A stretch of DNA of 64,000 nt from Candidatus Eiseniibacteriota bacterium (GTDB taxonomy: Bacteria > Eisenbacteria > RBG-16-71-46 > CAVPCR01), in contig CAVPCR010000001.1 in NCBI GenBank assembly GCA_963702435.1, forward strand, positions 640,001 to 704,000, given 5' to 3'. The notes beneath the pieces were generated by a model. It ran no database searches and was not told the origin of the DNA. It worked only from the letters and a program-made list of their open reading frames with translations. This document shows, in pieces, positions 16,320-28,328 of this stretch. The translations under genes and the position numbers were made by a program. How positions within the stretch are numbered: position 1 is the stretch's first letter; each line of letters opens with the position of its first letter.

Positions 16320-17684
16320 ATGCGGAATCAGTGGACCATCCTGTCCGCCGGCGCGCTCGCCCTGGCGCTCGCGGACCCCGCCGGCGCCCAGCCGGCAACG
16401 CCGGCGGCCCCGGCGCCCGCGGACACGGCGACCGTCGTCGAGCTGGTCGCGATCGCGCTTCGCGACAACCCGGAGCTCGCCGCGGCGCGGGCCGGCGCCG
16501 AGGCGGCCGCCGCCCGCCCCGGCCAGGCCACGAGCCTCCCCGATCCGGTCTTCACCTATGGCTGGATGGGCGAGCACCTGGAGACTGTGCGCGGGCCGCA
16601 GTCCTCGATCTTCGGCGTGAGCCAGGAGATCCCCTTCTTCGGCAAGCGCGGACTGGCCGGAGAGGTGGCAACGCACGCCGCGCGCGCGACGAGCGAGGAG
16701 GTGCGCGCGATGGAGCTCGAGGTGGCCGCCCAGGTGCGGCAGAGCGCCGCCGAGCTCCTCTATCTCGACGCCGCACGCGCCGCCAGCGCGCTCGATCGCC
16801 GCCTGGTCGCGGAGATCCGGGACATCGCCCGCACCCGCTACGAGACGGGGCGCGGGCGCCTGGAGGACGTGGCCCGCGCGGAGGTCGAGCTCGCCACGAA
16901 CGAGCGGGAGGGCCTCGACCTCGCGCTCGCGCGCGATGTCGAGGCGGTCGAGATGAACCGTCTCCTCGGGCGGCCGCCCGACGCGCCGCTCCCGCCGCTC
17001 GGCGATCCGCTCGCCGCGAGCCCGGACTCGATCCCGTTCCTCGGGGCGCTGCCCCCGGGAGCGCCGGCCTTCGCTCGAGGCGCCGTCGATTCGCTGGTCG
17101 CGGCCCGGCCCGAGCTCGAAGCGGCCGCCGCGACGATCGCCGGGAGCGAGGCCGCACGGCGACTCGCCGGCCGTGCCTACTGGCCCGATCTCATGCTGGG
17201 CTTTCAGTACTATGTCGTCGATCGAGGCGACTCGACGAGCCCCGAGGCGGGCATGGACGCCTGGATGATCGAGTTCGGGGTCAGCCTCCCGATCTGGCTC
17301 GGCGCGCGGAACGCCGGCGTGCGCGAGGCCGAGGCCATGCGCGCCGAGGGCCTCGCCGCGCGCTCGGCGGCGGCGACCCGCATCCGATCCGAGATCGCGG
17401 CGGCGGCGGCGCGCGTGCGCCGCACCGCGGAGATCGCAGCGCTCTACCGGACGACCATCATCCCCCGCGTCGAGATCGCGCTTGCCTCGGCGCGCTCCGG
17501 GTACCAGACCGGCCAGGTCGAGTTCGGCGAGCTGCTCGACTCGGAGCGCGCGCTCGTCGGCGCGCACCTGGCCCTGGCGCGCGCGCGCGCCGACCTGACG
17601 GCGGGCGCGGCCGATCTCGCCCGCGCCACCGGGCGGCCGCTCCCGACAGCCCCCCTCGCGCCAGCCGAAGGAGACAGGTCATGA
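16320..17684 (+). CDS. TolC-family outer membrane efflux protein (CusC-like)
   Basis: Signal peptide, ALRDNPEL, SLPDP, QEIPFFGKR and GVSLPIW OEP repeats; GGAGG RBS. Confidence 0.88.
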   Translation: MRNQWTILSAGALALALADPAGAQPATPAAPAPADTATVVELVAIALRDNPELAAARAGAEAAAARPGQATSLPDPVFTYGWMGEHLETVRGPQSSIFGVSQEIPFFGKRGLAGEVATHAARATSEEVRAMELEVAAQVRQSAAELLYLDAARAASALDRRLVAEIRDIARTRYETGRGRLEDVARAEVELATNEREGLDLALARDVEAVEMNRLLGRPPDAPLPPLGDPLAASPDSIPFLGALPPGAPAFARGAVDSLVAARPELEAAAATIAGSEAARRLAGRAYWPDLMLGFQYYVVDRGDSTSPEAGMDAWMIEFGVSLPIWLGARNAGVREAEAMRAEGLAARSAAATRIRSEIAAAAARVRRTAEIAALYRTTIIPRVEIALASARSGYQTGQVEFGELLDSERALVGAHLALARARADLTAGAADLARATGRPLPTAPLAPAEGDRS

Positions 17685-18949
17685 GGCAGAGAACTCCGCG
17701 GGCGATCGCGATCGCCCTCGTGACCGGCGCCCTGCTCGCGATCGCGCTCCCGCACCTCGCCGGCTGCGGGCGGCGCGAGGAGACGGCGACCCAGGGCGCC
17801 GCGCGCTACCACTGCCCGATGCATCCCACCTACACGAGCGACCGGCCGGGCGACTGCCCGATCTGCAACATGCGGCTCGTGCCGATCCCGGCCGACACCG
17901 CGGCCGCGCCCGCCGCCGCGGAGCACAGCGCGCCCGCCACCGCCACGCCCGGCCGCGTCCCGGTCACGATCTCGCCCGCGATGGAGCAGCGGATCGGCGT
18001 CCGCCTGGCCCGCGCCGAGCGCGGCACGGCGGAGCGCACGATCCGCGCCGTGGGCACCGTCGAGTACGACGAGTCGGCGCTCCATCACATCCACACGCGC
18101 GTCGAAGGCTGGATCGGCCGCCTGTACGTCGCCAGCACGGGACAGGTGGTGCGCCGCGGCGAGCCGCTCTTCTCCCTCTACAGCCCCGAGCTCCTCGCCA
18201 CCCAGGAGGAATACCTGAGCGCCCTCGCCGCCGGCGGCGACTCGACGAACGCCCGGGCGGCGCGGCGGCGCCTCGAGCTCTGGCAGATGACCGATCGCGA
18301 CATCGCGGCGATCGCCACGGAGCGGCGCCCGCGCACCCACGTCGACATCGTGTCCCCCGCCGACGGCGTGGTCATCGCGAAGACGGCGATCGACGGCATG
18401 CGCGTCATGCCGGGCGACGATCTCTACGTGATCGCGGACCTCCGCCGGGTCTGGATCACCGCATCCATCTACGAGTACGAGCTGCCGTCCGTCCATGTCG
18501 GCCAGGAGGGGACGGTCACGCTCTCCTCCTCCCCGGGCGAGATGTTCCGCGGCCGCGTCAGCTACATCTACCCCTATCTCGAGGAAGGCACGCGCACGGC
18601 GCGCGTCCGCTTCGAGTTCGCGAATCCGGGCGGGAAGCTCAAGCCGGGCATGTTCGCGAACGTCGATCTCCGGGTTCCGGGCGGCGAGGCGCTGACCGTG
18701 CCCGCGGACGCCGTGCTCGATTCGGGCGACGAGCAGATCGTCCTCGTCGCCACCGGCCAAGGCCGCTACGAGCCGCGCCCGGTCGCGCTCGGCCCGCGGT
18801 TCGGGGCGCGCGTGACCGTCCTCTCCGGCCTCGCCGCCGGCGAGGAGGTCGTGGTCAGCGCCCAGTTCCTCATCGACTCGGAGAGCCAGCTCAAGGCGGC
18901 GCTCGCCGGGATGCGCGCGGGCGGGGAGCACGATCATGGCGGCCAGTGA
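17681..18949 (+). CDS. cusB: RND periplasmic adaptor with heavy-metal binding domain (CusB-like)
   Basis: YHCPMHP...PGDCPICNMRLVP, YSPELLATQEEY, LKPGMFA, AQFLIDSESQL; ATGA overlap with the TolC gene. Confidence 0.88.
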   Translation: MRQRTPRAIAIALVTGALLAIALPHLAGCGRREETATQGAARYHCPMHPTYTSDRPGDCPICNMRLVPIPADTAAAPAAAEHSAPATATPGRVPVTISPAMEQRIGVRLARAERGTAERTIRAVGTVEYDESALHHIHTRVEGWIGRLYVASTGQVVRRGEPLFSLYSPELLATQEEYLSALAAGGDSTNARAARRRLELWQMTDRDIAAIATERRPRTHVDIVSPADGVVIAKTAIDGMRVMPGDDLYVIADLRRVWITASIYEYELPSVHVGQEGTVTLSSSPGEMFRGRVSYIYPYLEEGTRTARVRFEFANPGGKLKPGMFANVDLRVPGGEALTVPADAVLDSGDEQIVLVATGQGRYEPRPVALGPRFGARVTVLSGLAAGEEVVVSAQFLIDSESQLKAALAGMRAGGEHDHGGQ

Positions 18950-18973
18950 CGTCGGGATGAGGGGGGCCCGGAC

Positions 18974-21900
18974 ATGATCGAGCGCATCATCGACGCCTGC
19001 GCGCGGAACCGCTTTCTCGTCCTCCTCCTCGTCGCGTGCGGGCTGGTCCTCGGCGTCTGGGCGATGCGAAACCTGCCGCTCGACGCCATCCCCGACCTCT
19101 CCGACACCCAGGTCATCATCTACTCGCGCTGGGACCGGAGCCCCGACATCATCGAGGATCAGGTCACCTATCCGATCGTGACCGCGCTCCTCGGCGCGCC
19201 GCGGGTCAAGGACATCCGTGGCTTCTCCGATTTCGGCTACTCCTTCGTCTACGTCATCTTCGAGGACGGGACCGACATCTACTGGGCGCGCTCGCGCACG
19301 CTCGAGTACCTGTCGAAGATCACGCCGTCCCTGCCCGCGGGCGTGCGCACCGAGATCGGGCCGGATGCGTCCGGGGTCGGCTGGGTCTTCCAGTACGCGC
19401 TCGTCGACACGACCGGCCGGCATTCGCTCGCCGACCTCCGCTCCTACCAGGACTGGTACCTGCGCTACGCGCTGGTGAGCGTGCCGGGCGTGGCCGAGGT
19501 GGCGTCGATCGGCGGCTTCGTGCGCCAGTACCAGGTGGCGGTCGATCCGAACGCGCTCCTCGCCTACGACCTCTCGATCACGGAGGTCGTGGACGCGGTG
19601 CGCAAGGGCAACAACGACGTCGGCGGGCGGCTCGTCGAGTGGAGCGGCCGCGAGTACATGGTGCGCGGGCGCGGCTACGCGCGCTCGACCGACGCGATCG
19701 CCGACATCGTGGTCGGCGTGAACGAGAAGACGGGCACGCCGGTGCTGGTGCGGAACCTGGGGCAGGTGACCCTCGGCCCCGACATCCGGCGCGGGATCGG
19801 CGAGCTCGACGGGATCGGCGAGACGGCGGGCGCGATCGTGGTCATGCGCCACGGCGAGAACGCGCTCCAGGTGATCGCGCGCGTGAAGGAGAAGCTCGCC
19901 GACCTCGAGCCATCGCTGCCGCCGGGCGTGCGGGTCGTCACCACCTACGACCGCTCGGAGCTCATCGGGCAGTCGATCGACACCCTTCGCGAAACGCTCA
20001 CCGAGGAGATGATCGTCGTCAGCCTGTTCATCCTCCTCTTCCTCTGGCACATCCCGAGCGCGCTCATTCCGATCGTCACCCTGCCCGCCGCCGTCCTCCT
20101 GTCGTTCATCCCGATGAAGATGATGGGGCTGTCGGCGAACATCATGTCGCTCGCCGGGATCGCGGTGGCGGTGGGCGCCATGGTGGACGCGGCGATCGTG
20201 GTGGTCGAGCAGACGCACAAGAAGCTCGAGCGCTGGGAGGAGGGCGGCCGCCGCGGCGACTACCGCGAGGTGGTCTTGACCGCGATCAAGGAGGTGGGGC
20301 GGCCGTCGTTCTTCTCGCTGCTCGTCCTCGCCATCGCCTTCCTGCCGGTGTTCACCCTCGAGGCGCAGGAAGGGCGGCTCTTCAAGCCGCTCGCGTTCAC
20401 GAAGAACTTCGCGATCGCGATCGCCGCCGTCCTCGCCATCACGCTCGACCCGGCGCTCCGCCTCCTGTTCACGCGGGTCACCCCCTTCCGCTTCCGCCCG
20501 CGGCTCCTGGCCCGGGCGGCGAGCGCGGTCCTCATCGGCAAGATCCATCGCGAGGAGGACCACCCGGTGAGCCGCTTCCTCCACCGGCTCTACCTGCCGG
20601 CGGCCCACTTCGTGCTCCGCCGTCCGCGCCTCGTGATCGCGCTCGCCGTCGTCGCGTTCCTGACCACGATCCCGGTCTACCGGCGGCTCGGCTCCGAGTT
20701 CATGCCCCCGCTCGACGAGGGCACCATCCTCTACATGCCGACGACCCTCCCCGGCATCTCGGTCACCGAGGCCGCGCGCCTCCTCGCGACGCAGGACAAG
20801 ATCCTCCGCTCCTTCCCCGAGGTCGCGCGCGTGCACGGGAAGGCGGGGCGCGCCGACACGGCGACCGATCCCGCGCCGTTCTCGATGATGGAGACCGTGG
20901 TCACGCTCAGGCCCAAGAGCGAGTGGCGGGAGAAGCCGCGCTGGTATTCGGGCTGGGCCCCGGAGTGGCTCAAAAGGATCCTCCGCCATGGCTGGAGCGA
21001 TCGCCTGAGCTACGAGGAGCTCGTGTACGGCCCCGGCGGCATCGACGAGGCGATGCGCTTCCCCGGCGTCACCAACGCCTGGACCATGCCGATCAAGGCG
21101 CGCATCGACATGCTGACGACCGGCGTGCGCACGCCGGTGGGCATCAAGATCTACGGCGACGACCTCACGACGATCGAGCAGGTCGGCGCGCGCCTCGAGC
21201 AGATCCTCGGCCGGGTGCCCGGCACGCGCTCGATCTTCGCCGAGCGGACGACCGGCGGTTACTTCCTCGACTTCGATCTCAAGCGCGAGGAGCTCGCGCG
21301 CTACGGCCTCACGGTCGAGGACGCCGAGGCGACCCTGATGGCGGCGGTCGGCGGCGAGAACGTGACGACGACGATCGAGGGACGCGCCCGCTACCCGGTC
21401 AACGTGCGCTACCTCGCCGACTACCGGACCGACCTGGAGACGCTCCGGCGCGTGCTCGTCGCCACCCCGTCCGGCATCCAGGTGCCGATGGCGCAGATCG
21501 CCGACATCAAGATCCGCACCGGCCCGGCCATGATCCGGAACGAGAACGGGATGCTCGCCGGCTATGTCTATGTGGACGTCGCCGGCCGCGATCTCGGCGG
21601 CTACGTCGAGGCGGCCAAGCGGGCGGTGCGCGCCGAGCTCGACCTGCCGGCGGGGACCTCGCTCGGCTGGAGCGGGCAGTACGAGTACATGGAGCGCGTG
21701 CACGCCCGGCTCCGCCTCGTGGTGCCGCTCACGCTCTTCATCATCTTCGCGCTCATGTACATCAACACCCGCTCCGTCACGAAGACCCTGATCGTGCTCC
21801 TCGCCGTCCCCTTCTCGGCGATCGGCGCCTTCTGGATCCTCCATCTCCTCGACTACAACCTCTCGATCGGCGTCTGGGTGGGAATGATCGCGCTGCTCGG

Positions 21901-22255
21901 CTTGGATGCCGAGACCGGAGTCTTCATGCTCCTCTACCTGGACCTCGCCTACGAGGAGCGGAAGGCCGCCGGCCGCCTGCGCGGGATGGCGGACCTCAAG
22001 GCGGCGATCATCGAGGGGGCGGTGATGCGGGTGCGGCCCAAGTTCATGACCGTGGCCGTCGACTTCGTCGCCCTGATGCCGGTCATGTGGTCGACCGGCA
22101 CCGGGGCCGACGTCATGAAGCGGATCGCGGCGCCGATGGTGGGCGGGCTCGCCACCTCCTTCCTGATGGAGCTCCTCGTCTATCCGGCGATCTATCTCCT
22201 CTGGAAGTGGCACGCCGAGGTGAAGCACGCGGCGGGCAGGGAGGGCACGCTATGA
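18974..22255 (+). CDS. cusA: CusA-family Cu/Ag RND efflux permease
   Basis: [60 protein letters not shown]. Confidence 0.93.
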   Translation: MIERIIDACARNRFLVLLLVACGLVLGVWAMRNLPLDAIPDLSDTQVIIYSRWDRSPDIIEDQVTYPIVTALLGAPRVKDIRGFSDFGYSFVYVIFEDGTDIYWARSRTLEYLSKITPSLPAGVRTEIGPDASGVGWVFQYALVDTTGRHSLADLRSYQDWYLRYALVSVPGVAEVASIGGFVRQYQVAVDPNALLAYDLSITEVVDAVRKGNNDVGGRLVEWSGREYMVRGRGYARSTDAIADIVVGVNEKTGTPVLVRNLGQVTLGPDIRRGIGELDGIGETAGAIVVMRHGENALQVIARVKEKLADLEPSLPPGVRVVTTYDRSELIGQSIDTLRETLTEEMIVVSLFILLFLWHIPSALIPIVTLPAAVLLSFIPMKMMGLSANIMSLAGIAVAVGAMVDAAIVVVEQTHKKLERWEEGGRRGDYREVVLTAIKEVGRPSFFSLLVLAIAFLPVFTLEAQEGRLFKPLAFTKNFAIAIAAVLAITLDPALRLLFTRVTPFRFRPRLLARAASAVLIGKIHREEDHPVSRFLHRLYLPAAHFVLRRPRLVIALAVVAFLTTIPVYRRLGSEFMPPLDEGTILYMPTTLPGISVTEAARLLATQDKILRSFPEVARVHGKAGRADTATDPAPFSMMETVVTLRPKSEWREKPRWYSGWAPEWLKRILRHGWSDRLSYEELVYGPGGIDEAMRFPGVTNAWTMPIKARIDMLTTGVRTPVGIKIYGDDLTTIEQVGARLEQILGRVPGTRSIFAERTTGGYFLDFDLKREELARYGLTVEDAEATLMAAVGGENVTTTIEGRARYPVNVRYLADYRTDLETLRRVLVATPSGIQVPMAQIADIKIRTGPAMIRNENGMLAGYVYVDVAGRDLGGYVEAAKRAVRAELDLPAGTSLGWSGQYEYMERVHARLRLVVPLTLFIIFALMYINTRSVTKTLIVLLAVPFSAIGAFWILHLLDYNLSIGVWVGMIALLGLDAETGVFMLLYLDLAYEERKAAGRLRGMADLKAAIIEGAVMRVRPKFMTVAVDFVALMPVMWSTGTGADVMKRIAAPMVGGLATSFLMELLVYPAIYLLWKWHAEVKHAAGREGTL

Positions 22256-22280
22256 TCGGCCCCGGGCAAGGGGAGTGACC

Positions 22281-24767
22281 ATGGACGAGAAGAAGGGAAT
22301 CCCGATCGCGGGAGCGCCGGGCGCGCCCGGTCCGTTCAGGCCGGCGGCGGGCGGCGGCTTCCGCATCCCGATCGCCGGTCAGGCGGCGGGAGCGGCGGGA
22401 GCGCCGGCGGCGTCGGCCGCGGCGGGGCCGGGCCAAGCCACCGCGCGCGATCCGGTGTGCGGCATGACCGTGGATCCCGCCAGGACGCACCACCACCACG
22501 AGCACGCGGGCGTGACCTACCACTTCTGCGCCGCGAGCTGCCGCACGAAGTTCATGGCCGATCCCGCGCGCTATCTCGAGCCGGGCCGGGCGCCGGAGCC
22601 GATGGCGCCGCCGCCGGTCGTCCCCGCGGGCGCCGAGGTCGTCTACATCTGCCCGATGGATCCCGAGGTCAGGAGCGATCACCCGGGTCCGTGTCCGATC
22701 TGCGGCATGGCGCTCGAGCCGAACATCGTGACCGCCGCCACCGGACCCAATCCGGAGCTCGTCGACATGAAGCGGCGGCTCCTCGTCGGGGCCGTTCTCG
22801 CTGCACCCATCCTCCTCCTCGCCATGTCCGAGATGCTCCCCGGCCGCGGACTCGCGGCACTCGTGCCGGCGCGCGCCGCGATCTGGATCCAGCTCCTCCT
22901 CGCCACCCCGGTCGTCCTCTGGTGCGGCGCGCCCTTCTTCGCTCGGGCCTGGACCTCGCTCCGCACGCGGCGCCTCAACATGTTCACGCTGATCGCGACC
23001 GGCACCGGGGTCGCCTACGCGTACAGCCTCGTGGCCACCCTCTTCCCGGGTCTCCTCCCCGCGTCAGCGCGCGGGCACGACGGCGCGGTGGCGGTCTACT
23101 TCGAGGCCGCCGCCGTGATCATCGTGCTCGTCCTCCTCGGGCAGGTGCTCGAGATCGGCGCGCGCGAGCGGACGCGCGGCGCGATCCGCGCGCTCCTCGA
23201 CCTCGCGCCGCCGACCGCCCGCCGCGTCCAGGCGGGCGCGGGCGGAAGCGGCGAGCGCGAGGAGGACGTGCCGCTCGCGGAGGTCCGTCCCGGCGATCGG
23301 CTCCGCGTGCGCCCGGGCGAGAAGGTCCCGGTCGACGGGGTGGTCCTCGCGGGGCAGAGCGCGATCGACGAGTCGATGCTCACCGGCGAGGCGATCCCGG
23401 TCCTCAAGATGCCAGGCGACCGCGTGATCGGGGCGACGGTGAACGGCGCGGGGAGCTTCATCCTGCGCGCCGAGCGGGTGGGCGCGGAGACGCTCCTCGC
23501 GCAGATCGTCCGCCTCGTTGCCGACGCGCAGCGGAGCCGCGCCCCGATCCAGCATCTCGCCGATCGCGTCTCCGCGGTCTTCGTGCCGGCGGTGATCGCC
23601 GTCGCAGTCCTGACCGCGCTCGTCTGGGGGTTCCTCGGCCCGGAGCCGCGCCTCGCCCACGCGATCGTGAACGCCGTGGCCGTCCTCATCATCGCCTGCC
23701 CCTGCGCGCTCGGGCTCGCCACCCCGATGTCGATCATGGTGGCCGCCGGCCGCGGCGCCCATGCCGGCGTCCTCGTCCGGAACGCCGAGGCGCTCGAGCT
23801 CCTCGAGCACGTGGACACCCTGGTCATCGACAAGACGGGCACGCTCACCGAGGGGCGCCCCCGGCTCACCGCCGCGCAGGCGCTCCCCCCGTTCACGGAG
23901 GACCAGGTCCTCGCCCTCGCCGCGGCCCTCGAGCGGGGGAGCGAGCATCCGCTCGCCTCTGCCCTCCTCGGCGCCTCCGAGGAGCGCGGGCTCGCGCTGC
24001 CGGCGAGCGCGGGCTTCCGCGCCGTGACCGGCCGGGGCATCGCCGGCACGGTGGACGGGCGGGCGGTCCTCCTCGGGAACTCCGCCTTGCTGCAAGAATC
24101 TGCGATCGATCACGGAAAACTGCTGGAGGCGGCGCAAGCTCTGCGGGCGGCCGGCGACACGGTCGTCTTCCTCGCCGTGGACGGGCGCGCCGCCGGGCTC
24201 CTCGCGGTGGCCGACCCGATCCGGGAGTCGACCCCGGAGGCGGTCCGCATCCTCACCGGCGACGGCGTCCGCCTGGTGATGGCGACCGGCGACTCGCGGG
24301 CCACCGCGGAGGCGGTGGCCGCCCGGCTCGGGATCGCCGCGGTCCACGCCGAGGTGACACCGGCCGCCAAGGCCGAGCTCGTGGCCGAGCTCGAGCGGAC
24401 TGGCCGGGTGGTGGCCATGGCCGGGGATGGGGTGAACGATGCCCCCGCGCTCGCCCGGGCCCGGGTCGGGATCGCCCTTGGCACGGGGACGGATGTCGCC
24501 CGCGAGTCCGCCGGGCTCACCCTCGTCAAGGGGGATCTCCGCGGGATCGCCCGGGCCCGCCGGCTATCCCGGGCCACCATGCGGAACATCCGGCAAAACC
24601 TTTTCCTGGCTTTCGTTTACAACACGGTTGGGGTGCCCATCGCGGCCGGTATCCTCTACCCGGCGTTCGGCCTCCTCCTCTCCCCCATGGTGGCGAGCGC
24701 GGCGATGAGCCTCTCCTCGGTGTCGGTCATCGCGAACGCGCTCCGTCTCCGGAAGGTCAGGCTCTAG
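22281..24767 (+). CDS. copA: Copper-translocating P1B-type ATPase with YHS and heavy-metal-binding domains
   Basis: DPVCGMTV (YHS), YICPMDP...[45 protein letters not shown] and MxxSS Cu(I) motifs. Confidence 0.93.
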   Translation: MDEKKGIPIAGAPGAPGPFRPAAGGGFRIPIAGQAAGAAGAPAASAAAGPGQATARDPVCGMTVDPARTHHHHEHAGVTYHFCAASCRTKFMADPARYLEPGRAPEPMAPPPVVPAGAEVVYICPMDPEVRSDHPGPCPICGMALEPNIVTAATGPNPELVDMKRRLLVGAVLAAPILLLAMSEMLPGRGLAALVPARAAIWIQLLLATPVVLWCGAPFFARAWTSLRTRRLNMFTLIATGTGVAYAYSLVATLFPGLLPASARGHDGAVAVYFEAAAVIIVLVLLGQVLEIGARERTRGAIRALLDLAPPTARRVQAGAGGSGEREEDVPLAEVRPGDRLRVRPGEKVPVDGVVLAGQSAIDESMLTGEAIPVLKMPGDRVIGATVNGAGSFILRAERVGAETLLAQIVRLVADAQRSRAPIQHLADRVSAVFVPAVIAVAVLTALVWGFLGPEPRLAHAIVNAVAVLIIACPCALGLATPMSIMVAAGRGAHAGVLVRNAEALELLEHVDTLVIDKTGTLTEGRPRLTAAQALPPFTEDQVLALAAALERGSEHPLASALLGASEERGLALPASAGFRAVTGRGIAGTVDGRAVLLGNSALLQESAIDHGKLLEAAQALRAAGDTVVFLAVDGRAAGLLAVADPIRESTPEAVRILTGDGVRLVMATGDSRATAEAVAARLGIAAVHAEVTPAAKAELVAELERTGRVVAMAGDGVNDAPALARARVGIALGTGTDVARESAGLTLVKGDLRGIARARRLSRATMRNIRQNLFLAFVYNTVGVPIAAGILYPAFGLLLSPMVASAAMSLSSVSVIANALRLRKVRL

Positions 24768-24837
24768 GCCCGGCCCGGGGCAAGAGGGCCGGCGGGCGGC
24801 CCCCCGGGCGGAGCCCGCGCTGGGCGCAACATCTTGC

Positions 24838-24866
24838 TTGATAAACTGATAGGATGGTGGTAGAGT
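24838..24866 (+). promoter_or_regulatory. Sigma70 promoter with extended -10 for the DVUA0089-like paralog pair
   Basis: TTGATA-N17-TAGAGT preceded by TGn, in an AT-rich patch. Confidence 0.6.
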
Positions 24867-24958
24867 AGTGCATGGTCGCCCGAGAACCAGGGGGCAGCGT
24901 CTGGGTCTATACCCGGGGGACCTCGACCATGCGAAAGCGCCAACGTAAGGAGGGCATC

Positions 24959-25567
24959 ATGAAGGCTTTGCTAGCGTATACCGTCGCTCTCGGGGTGCTG
25001 CTTGCAGCCCCGGCGATGGCTCAGTGGCAGGAGCAGGGCGACGCCGGCGACCTGCCCGGCACCGCTCAGGTCCCGGTCGGCGGCGGCCCGCTCGCCAGCA
25101 TCAGTGGCACGATCGGCGCGAGCGATGCGGACATGTACTGCATCCGGATCGACGCTCCGACCGCGTTCCGCGCCACTCTCTGCGGCGGGACGACGCTCGA
25201 CACGCAGCTCTTCCTGTTCCGCGAGAACGGGACCGGCGTGAGCCACAACGATGACGATCCCGGTGGCTGCGGGCTCCAGTCGACGGTCACGGGTGTGTTC
25301 GTGTCCTCTCCCGGCCAGTACCTGATCGCCGTCAGCACCTACAACCGCGATCCGGTCGGCGCGGGCGCCTGCCTCATCTGGGCGAACTCTCCGTTCGGCA
25401 CCGAGCGCGCGCCCGACGGCGCCTGCCCGGCGAGCCCGGTCACGGCCTGGACCGGCACGACCTCGTCGACCGGCGCCTACACGATCGCGCTGACCGGCAC
25501 TTCCTACTGCGGTGCCACGGCCGTCGAGCCGACGACCTGGGGCGCGATCAAGAACACGTACAAGTAG
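24959..25567 (+). CDS. Secreted DVUA0089-like protein with TWGAIKNTYK tail (paralog 1)
   Basis: AAGGAGG RBS, signal peptide, EQGDAGDLPGTAQ, DTQLFLF, NDDD, GQYLIAVS, GAYTIALTG. Confidence 0.85.
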   Translation: MKALLAYTVALGVLLAAPAMAQWQEQGDAGDLPGTAQVPVGGGPLASISGTIGASDADMYCIRIDAPTAFRATLCGGTTLDTQLFLFRENGTGVSHNDDDPGGCGLQSTVTGVFVSSPGQYLIAVSTYNRDPVGAGACLIWANSPFGTERAPDGACPASPVTAWTGTTSSTGAYTIALTGTSYCGATAVEPTTWGAIKNTYK

Positions 25568-25593
25568 GCTCTTTTCAACAATCGACGCGTCGC

Positions 25594-25630
25594 GACCCGG
25601 GGATCGCCCAGCGATCCCCGGGTCTTTCTC
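25594..25630 (+). terminator. Intrinsic terminator after paralog 1
   Basis: 14-bp perfect stem GACCCGGGGATCGC/GCGATCCCCGGGTC followed by TTTCTC. Confidence 0.8.
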
Positions 25631-25684
25631 TACCCGCGGCCCCCCCCACGCAAGGAACAGGAAACAAGGAACAAGGAGGTCATC

Positions 25685-26296
25685 ATGAAGGCTCTTCTGG
25701 CCTACGCTGTCGCGCTCGGAGTCGCGCTGGCGACTCCGGCCATGGCCCAGTGGCAGGAGCAGGGCGATGCGGGCGATCTGCCCGGCACCGCGCAGGTTCC
25801 GGTCGGCGGCGGCCCGCTCGCCTCGATCAGCGGCACGATCGGCGCGAACGATGCGGACATGTACTGCATCCGGATCGACTCCCCGACCGCGTTCCGCGCC
25901 ACGACCTGCGGCGGGACATCGCTCGACACGCAGCTCTTCCTCTTCCGCGAGAACGGAACCGGAGTCACGCACAACGACGACGACTCGAGCTGCGCTCCCG
26001 GGACCCCGTCGACGATCACCGGCACGTTCGTGGCGAGCCCCGGCCAGTACCTGATCGCCGTCAGCACCTACAACCGCGATCCGGTCGGTGCGGGTGGCTG
26101 CCTGATCTGGGCGAACTCGCCGTTCAACGTCGAGCGCGCACCGGACGGCGCCTGCCCGGCGAGCCCGGTCACGGCCTGGACCGGCTCGACCACGGTGACC
26201 GGCGCCTACACGATCGCGCTGAACGCCGTCTCCTACTGCGGCGCCACCGCCGTCGAGCCGGCGACCTGGGGCGCGATCAAGAACATCTACAAGTAG
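25685..26296 (+). CDS. Secreted DVUA0089-like protein with TWGAIKNIYK tail (paralog 2, tandem duplicate)
   Basis: Near-identical to paralog 1; AAGGAGG RBS. Confidence 0.87.
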   Translation: MKALLAYAVALGVALATPAMAQWQEQGDAGDLPGTAQVPVGGGPLASISGTIGANDADMYCIRIDSPTAFRATTCGGTSLDTQLFLFRENGTGVTHNDDDSSCAPGTPSTITGTFVASPGQYLIAVSTYNRDPVGAGGCLIWANSPFNVERAPDGACPASPVTAWTGSTTVTGAYTIALNAVSYCGATAVEPATWGAIKNIYK

Positions 26297-26324
26297 AATC
26301 GGTCCTCGGCGGACCACGTCGCAC

Positions 26325-26364
26325 GACCCGGGGATCGCCCGCCGATCCCCGGGTCCTTTCTCTT
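26325..26364 (+). terminator. Intrinsic terminator after paralog 2 (duplicate of 25594-25630)
   Basis: GACCCGGGGATCG/CGATCCCCGGGTC stem followed by CTTTCTCTT. Confidence 0.8.
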
Positions 26365-26427
26365 GCCCGCCCGGGCCCCGCCATTGGCCGTTGACCTCCG
26401 AGCGTCCGCTCCCCCATCATCGCGCGC

Positions 26428-28107
26428 ATGGGATACCAGTACATCTTCACGATGAAGGGCCTCGGCAAGGTCCACCCGCCGAACAAGGTGGTGCTCAAGG
26501 ACATCTGGCTCTCCTTCTTTCCCGGGGCCAAGATCGGCCTCCTCGGCATCAACGGGTCGGGGAAGACGACCCTCCTCCGCATCATGGCGGGCCTCGACAA
26601 GGAGTACCTGGGCGAGGCCGATCCCGCCCCCGGCACGAAGACCGGATTCCTGCCGCAGGAGCCGCACCTCGACCCGACCAAGGACGTGCTCGGCAACGTG
26701 ATGGAGGGAGTGGCCGCGACCCGCGCCCTTCTCGACCGCTTCGAGCAGATCAACAACCGGCTCGGCGAGGACATCTCGCCCGAGGAGATGGAGAAGCTCC
26801 TCGCAGAGCAGGCCCAGGTCCAGGACGCGATCGACACCGCGAAGGGTTGGGAGCTCGATCGCACGCTCGAGATCGCGATGGAGGCGCTGCGCTGCCCGCC
26901 GCCCGATGCGGACGTGGCGACCCTCTCGGGCGGCGAGGTCCGCCGCGTCGCGCTCTGCCGCCTCCTCCTCCAGCAACCGGATCTCCTCCTCCTCGACGAG
27001 CCGACCAACCACCTCGATGCCGAATCGGTCGCCTGGCTCGAGCATCACCTCGAGCAGTATCCGGGCACGGTGGTGGCGGCCACCCACGACCGCTACTTCC
27101 TCGACAATGTCGCCGGCTGGATCCTCGAGCTCGACCGCGGCACGGGGATCCCGTGGGAAGGCAACTACTCCTCGTGGCTCGAGCAGAAGGAGAAGCGACT
27201 CGGGGTCGAGGAGAAGCAGGAATCCGCGCGCCGGCGTACGCTCGCCCGCGAGCTCGAGTGGATCCGCATGTCGCCGCGCGCCCGCCAGGCCAAGGGCAAG
27301 GCCCGCCTGAACGCGTACGAGGAGATGCTGGCGCAGGAGACCAAGGAGCGCGAGGTCACCGGCGAGATCATGATCCCGCCCGGCCCGCGCCTCGGCGAGA
27401 CGGTGGTCGTCGCCGAGCACCTGCGGAAGGGCTTCGGGGATCGCATCCTGATCGACGACCTGAGCTTCCGCTTGCCGCGCGGTGGCCTCGTCGGCGTCAT
27501 CGGCCCGAACGGCGCCGGGAAGACCACGCTCGCCCGCATGATGGCAGGGCTCGAGAAGCCCGACGGCGGCTCGCTCACGGTCGGCGAGACGGTCAAGCTC
27601 GCCTACGTGGACCAGACGCGCGACGCGCTCGACGGCGACAAGACGGTATGGGAGGAGATCTCGGGCGGCGCCGACACGATCGAGCTCGCCAATCGCACGA
27701 TCCCCTCGCGCGCCTATGTCTCGATGTTCAACTTCCGCGGCCCCGACCACCAGAAGCGGGTGAAGGATCTGTCGGGCGGCGAGCGGAACCGCCTGCACCT
27801 CGCCAAGCTCCTGAAGAGCGGCGGCAACCTGATCTTCCTCGACGAGCCGACGAACGACCTCGACGTGGACACCCTTCGCTCGCTCGAGGAGGCGATCGTC
27901 TCCTTCGCCGGCTGTGTCGTCGTCATCAGCCACGATCGCTGGTTCCTCGATCGCATCGCGACCCACATCCTCGCCTTCGAGGACGAGGGGCAGGTCATCT
28001 GGTTCGAGGGGAACTACCAGGACTACGAGGCGAACCGGCACCAGCGGCTCGGCGCCGCCGCCGACCAGCCCCACCGCCTGCGGCCGAAGAAGCTCGTCCA
28101 CGCCTAG
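26428..28107 (+). CDS. ettA: Energy-dependent translational throttle protein EttA (ABC-F)
   Basis: QYIFTM...[15 protein letters not shown], two ABC domains, [25 protein letters not shown]. Confidence 0.95.
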   Translation: MGYQYIFTMKGLGKVHPPNKVVLKDIWLSFFPGAKIGLLGINGSGKTTLLRIMAGLDKEYLGEADPAPGTKTGFLPQEPHLDPTKDVLGNVMEGVAATRALLDRFEQINNRLGEDISPEEMEKLLAEQAQVQDAIDTAKGWELDRTLEIAMEALRCPPPDADVATLSGGEVRRVALCRLLLQQPDLLLLDEPTNHLDAESVAWLEHHLEQYPGTVVAATHDRYFLDNVAGWILELDRGTGIPWEGNYSSWLEQKEKRLGVEEKQESARRRTLARELEWIRMSPRARQAKGKARLNAYEEMLAQETKEREVTGEIMIPPGPRLGETVVVAEHLRKGFGDRILIDDLSFRLPRGGLVGVIGPNGAGKTTLARMMAGLEKPDGGSLTVGETVKLAYVDQTRDALDGDKTVWEEISGGADTIELANRTIPSRAYVSMFNFRGPDHQKRVKDLSGGERNRLHLAKLLKSGGNLIFLDEPTNDLDVDTLRSLEEAIVSFAGCVVVISHDRWFLDRIATHILAFEDEGQVIWFEGNYQDYEANRHQRLGAAADQPHRLRPKKLVHA

Positions 28108-28118
28108 CCAGGCTGGCG

Positions 28119-28195
28119 CGGCGCTCCCCCCGGCGCTCCTCCCGGCGCTCCCCCCGGCGCTCCTCCCGGCGCTCCCCCCGGCGCTCCTCCCGGCG
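28119..28195. repeat. Intergenic 12-bp tandem repeat x6 (alternating CGGCGCTCCCCC / CGGCGCTCCTCC)
   Basis: Three exact 24-bp units directly after the ettA stop. Confidence 0.95.
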
Positions 28196-28328
28196 GCGCC
28201 GGATCCCCGGGCGGCATCTCCTGCTTGCCTCCGCCGCGCCGATGGTGGTAAGCCTCGCCGCGCGATCGGACCTCGCCGTGGCAGGCGCCGTTCGGCGGGC
28301 GCTCCGAACGCCAGCGCAAGGAGGAAGC

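Noticed and set aside
17444..22228. Very long antisense or alternate-frame ORFs (e.g. 17444-22228 -, 9952-12759 -, 39365-42736 -, 19036-22278 +, 2152-4569 +)
   Set aside because: Shadow ORFs of well-supported genes, expected at this GC content; Arg/Gly/Pro-rich with no motifs.
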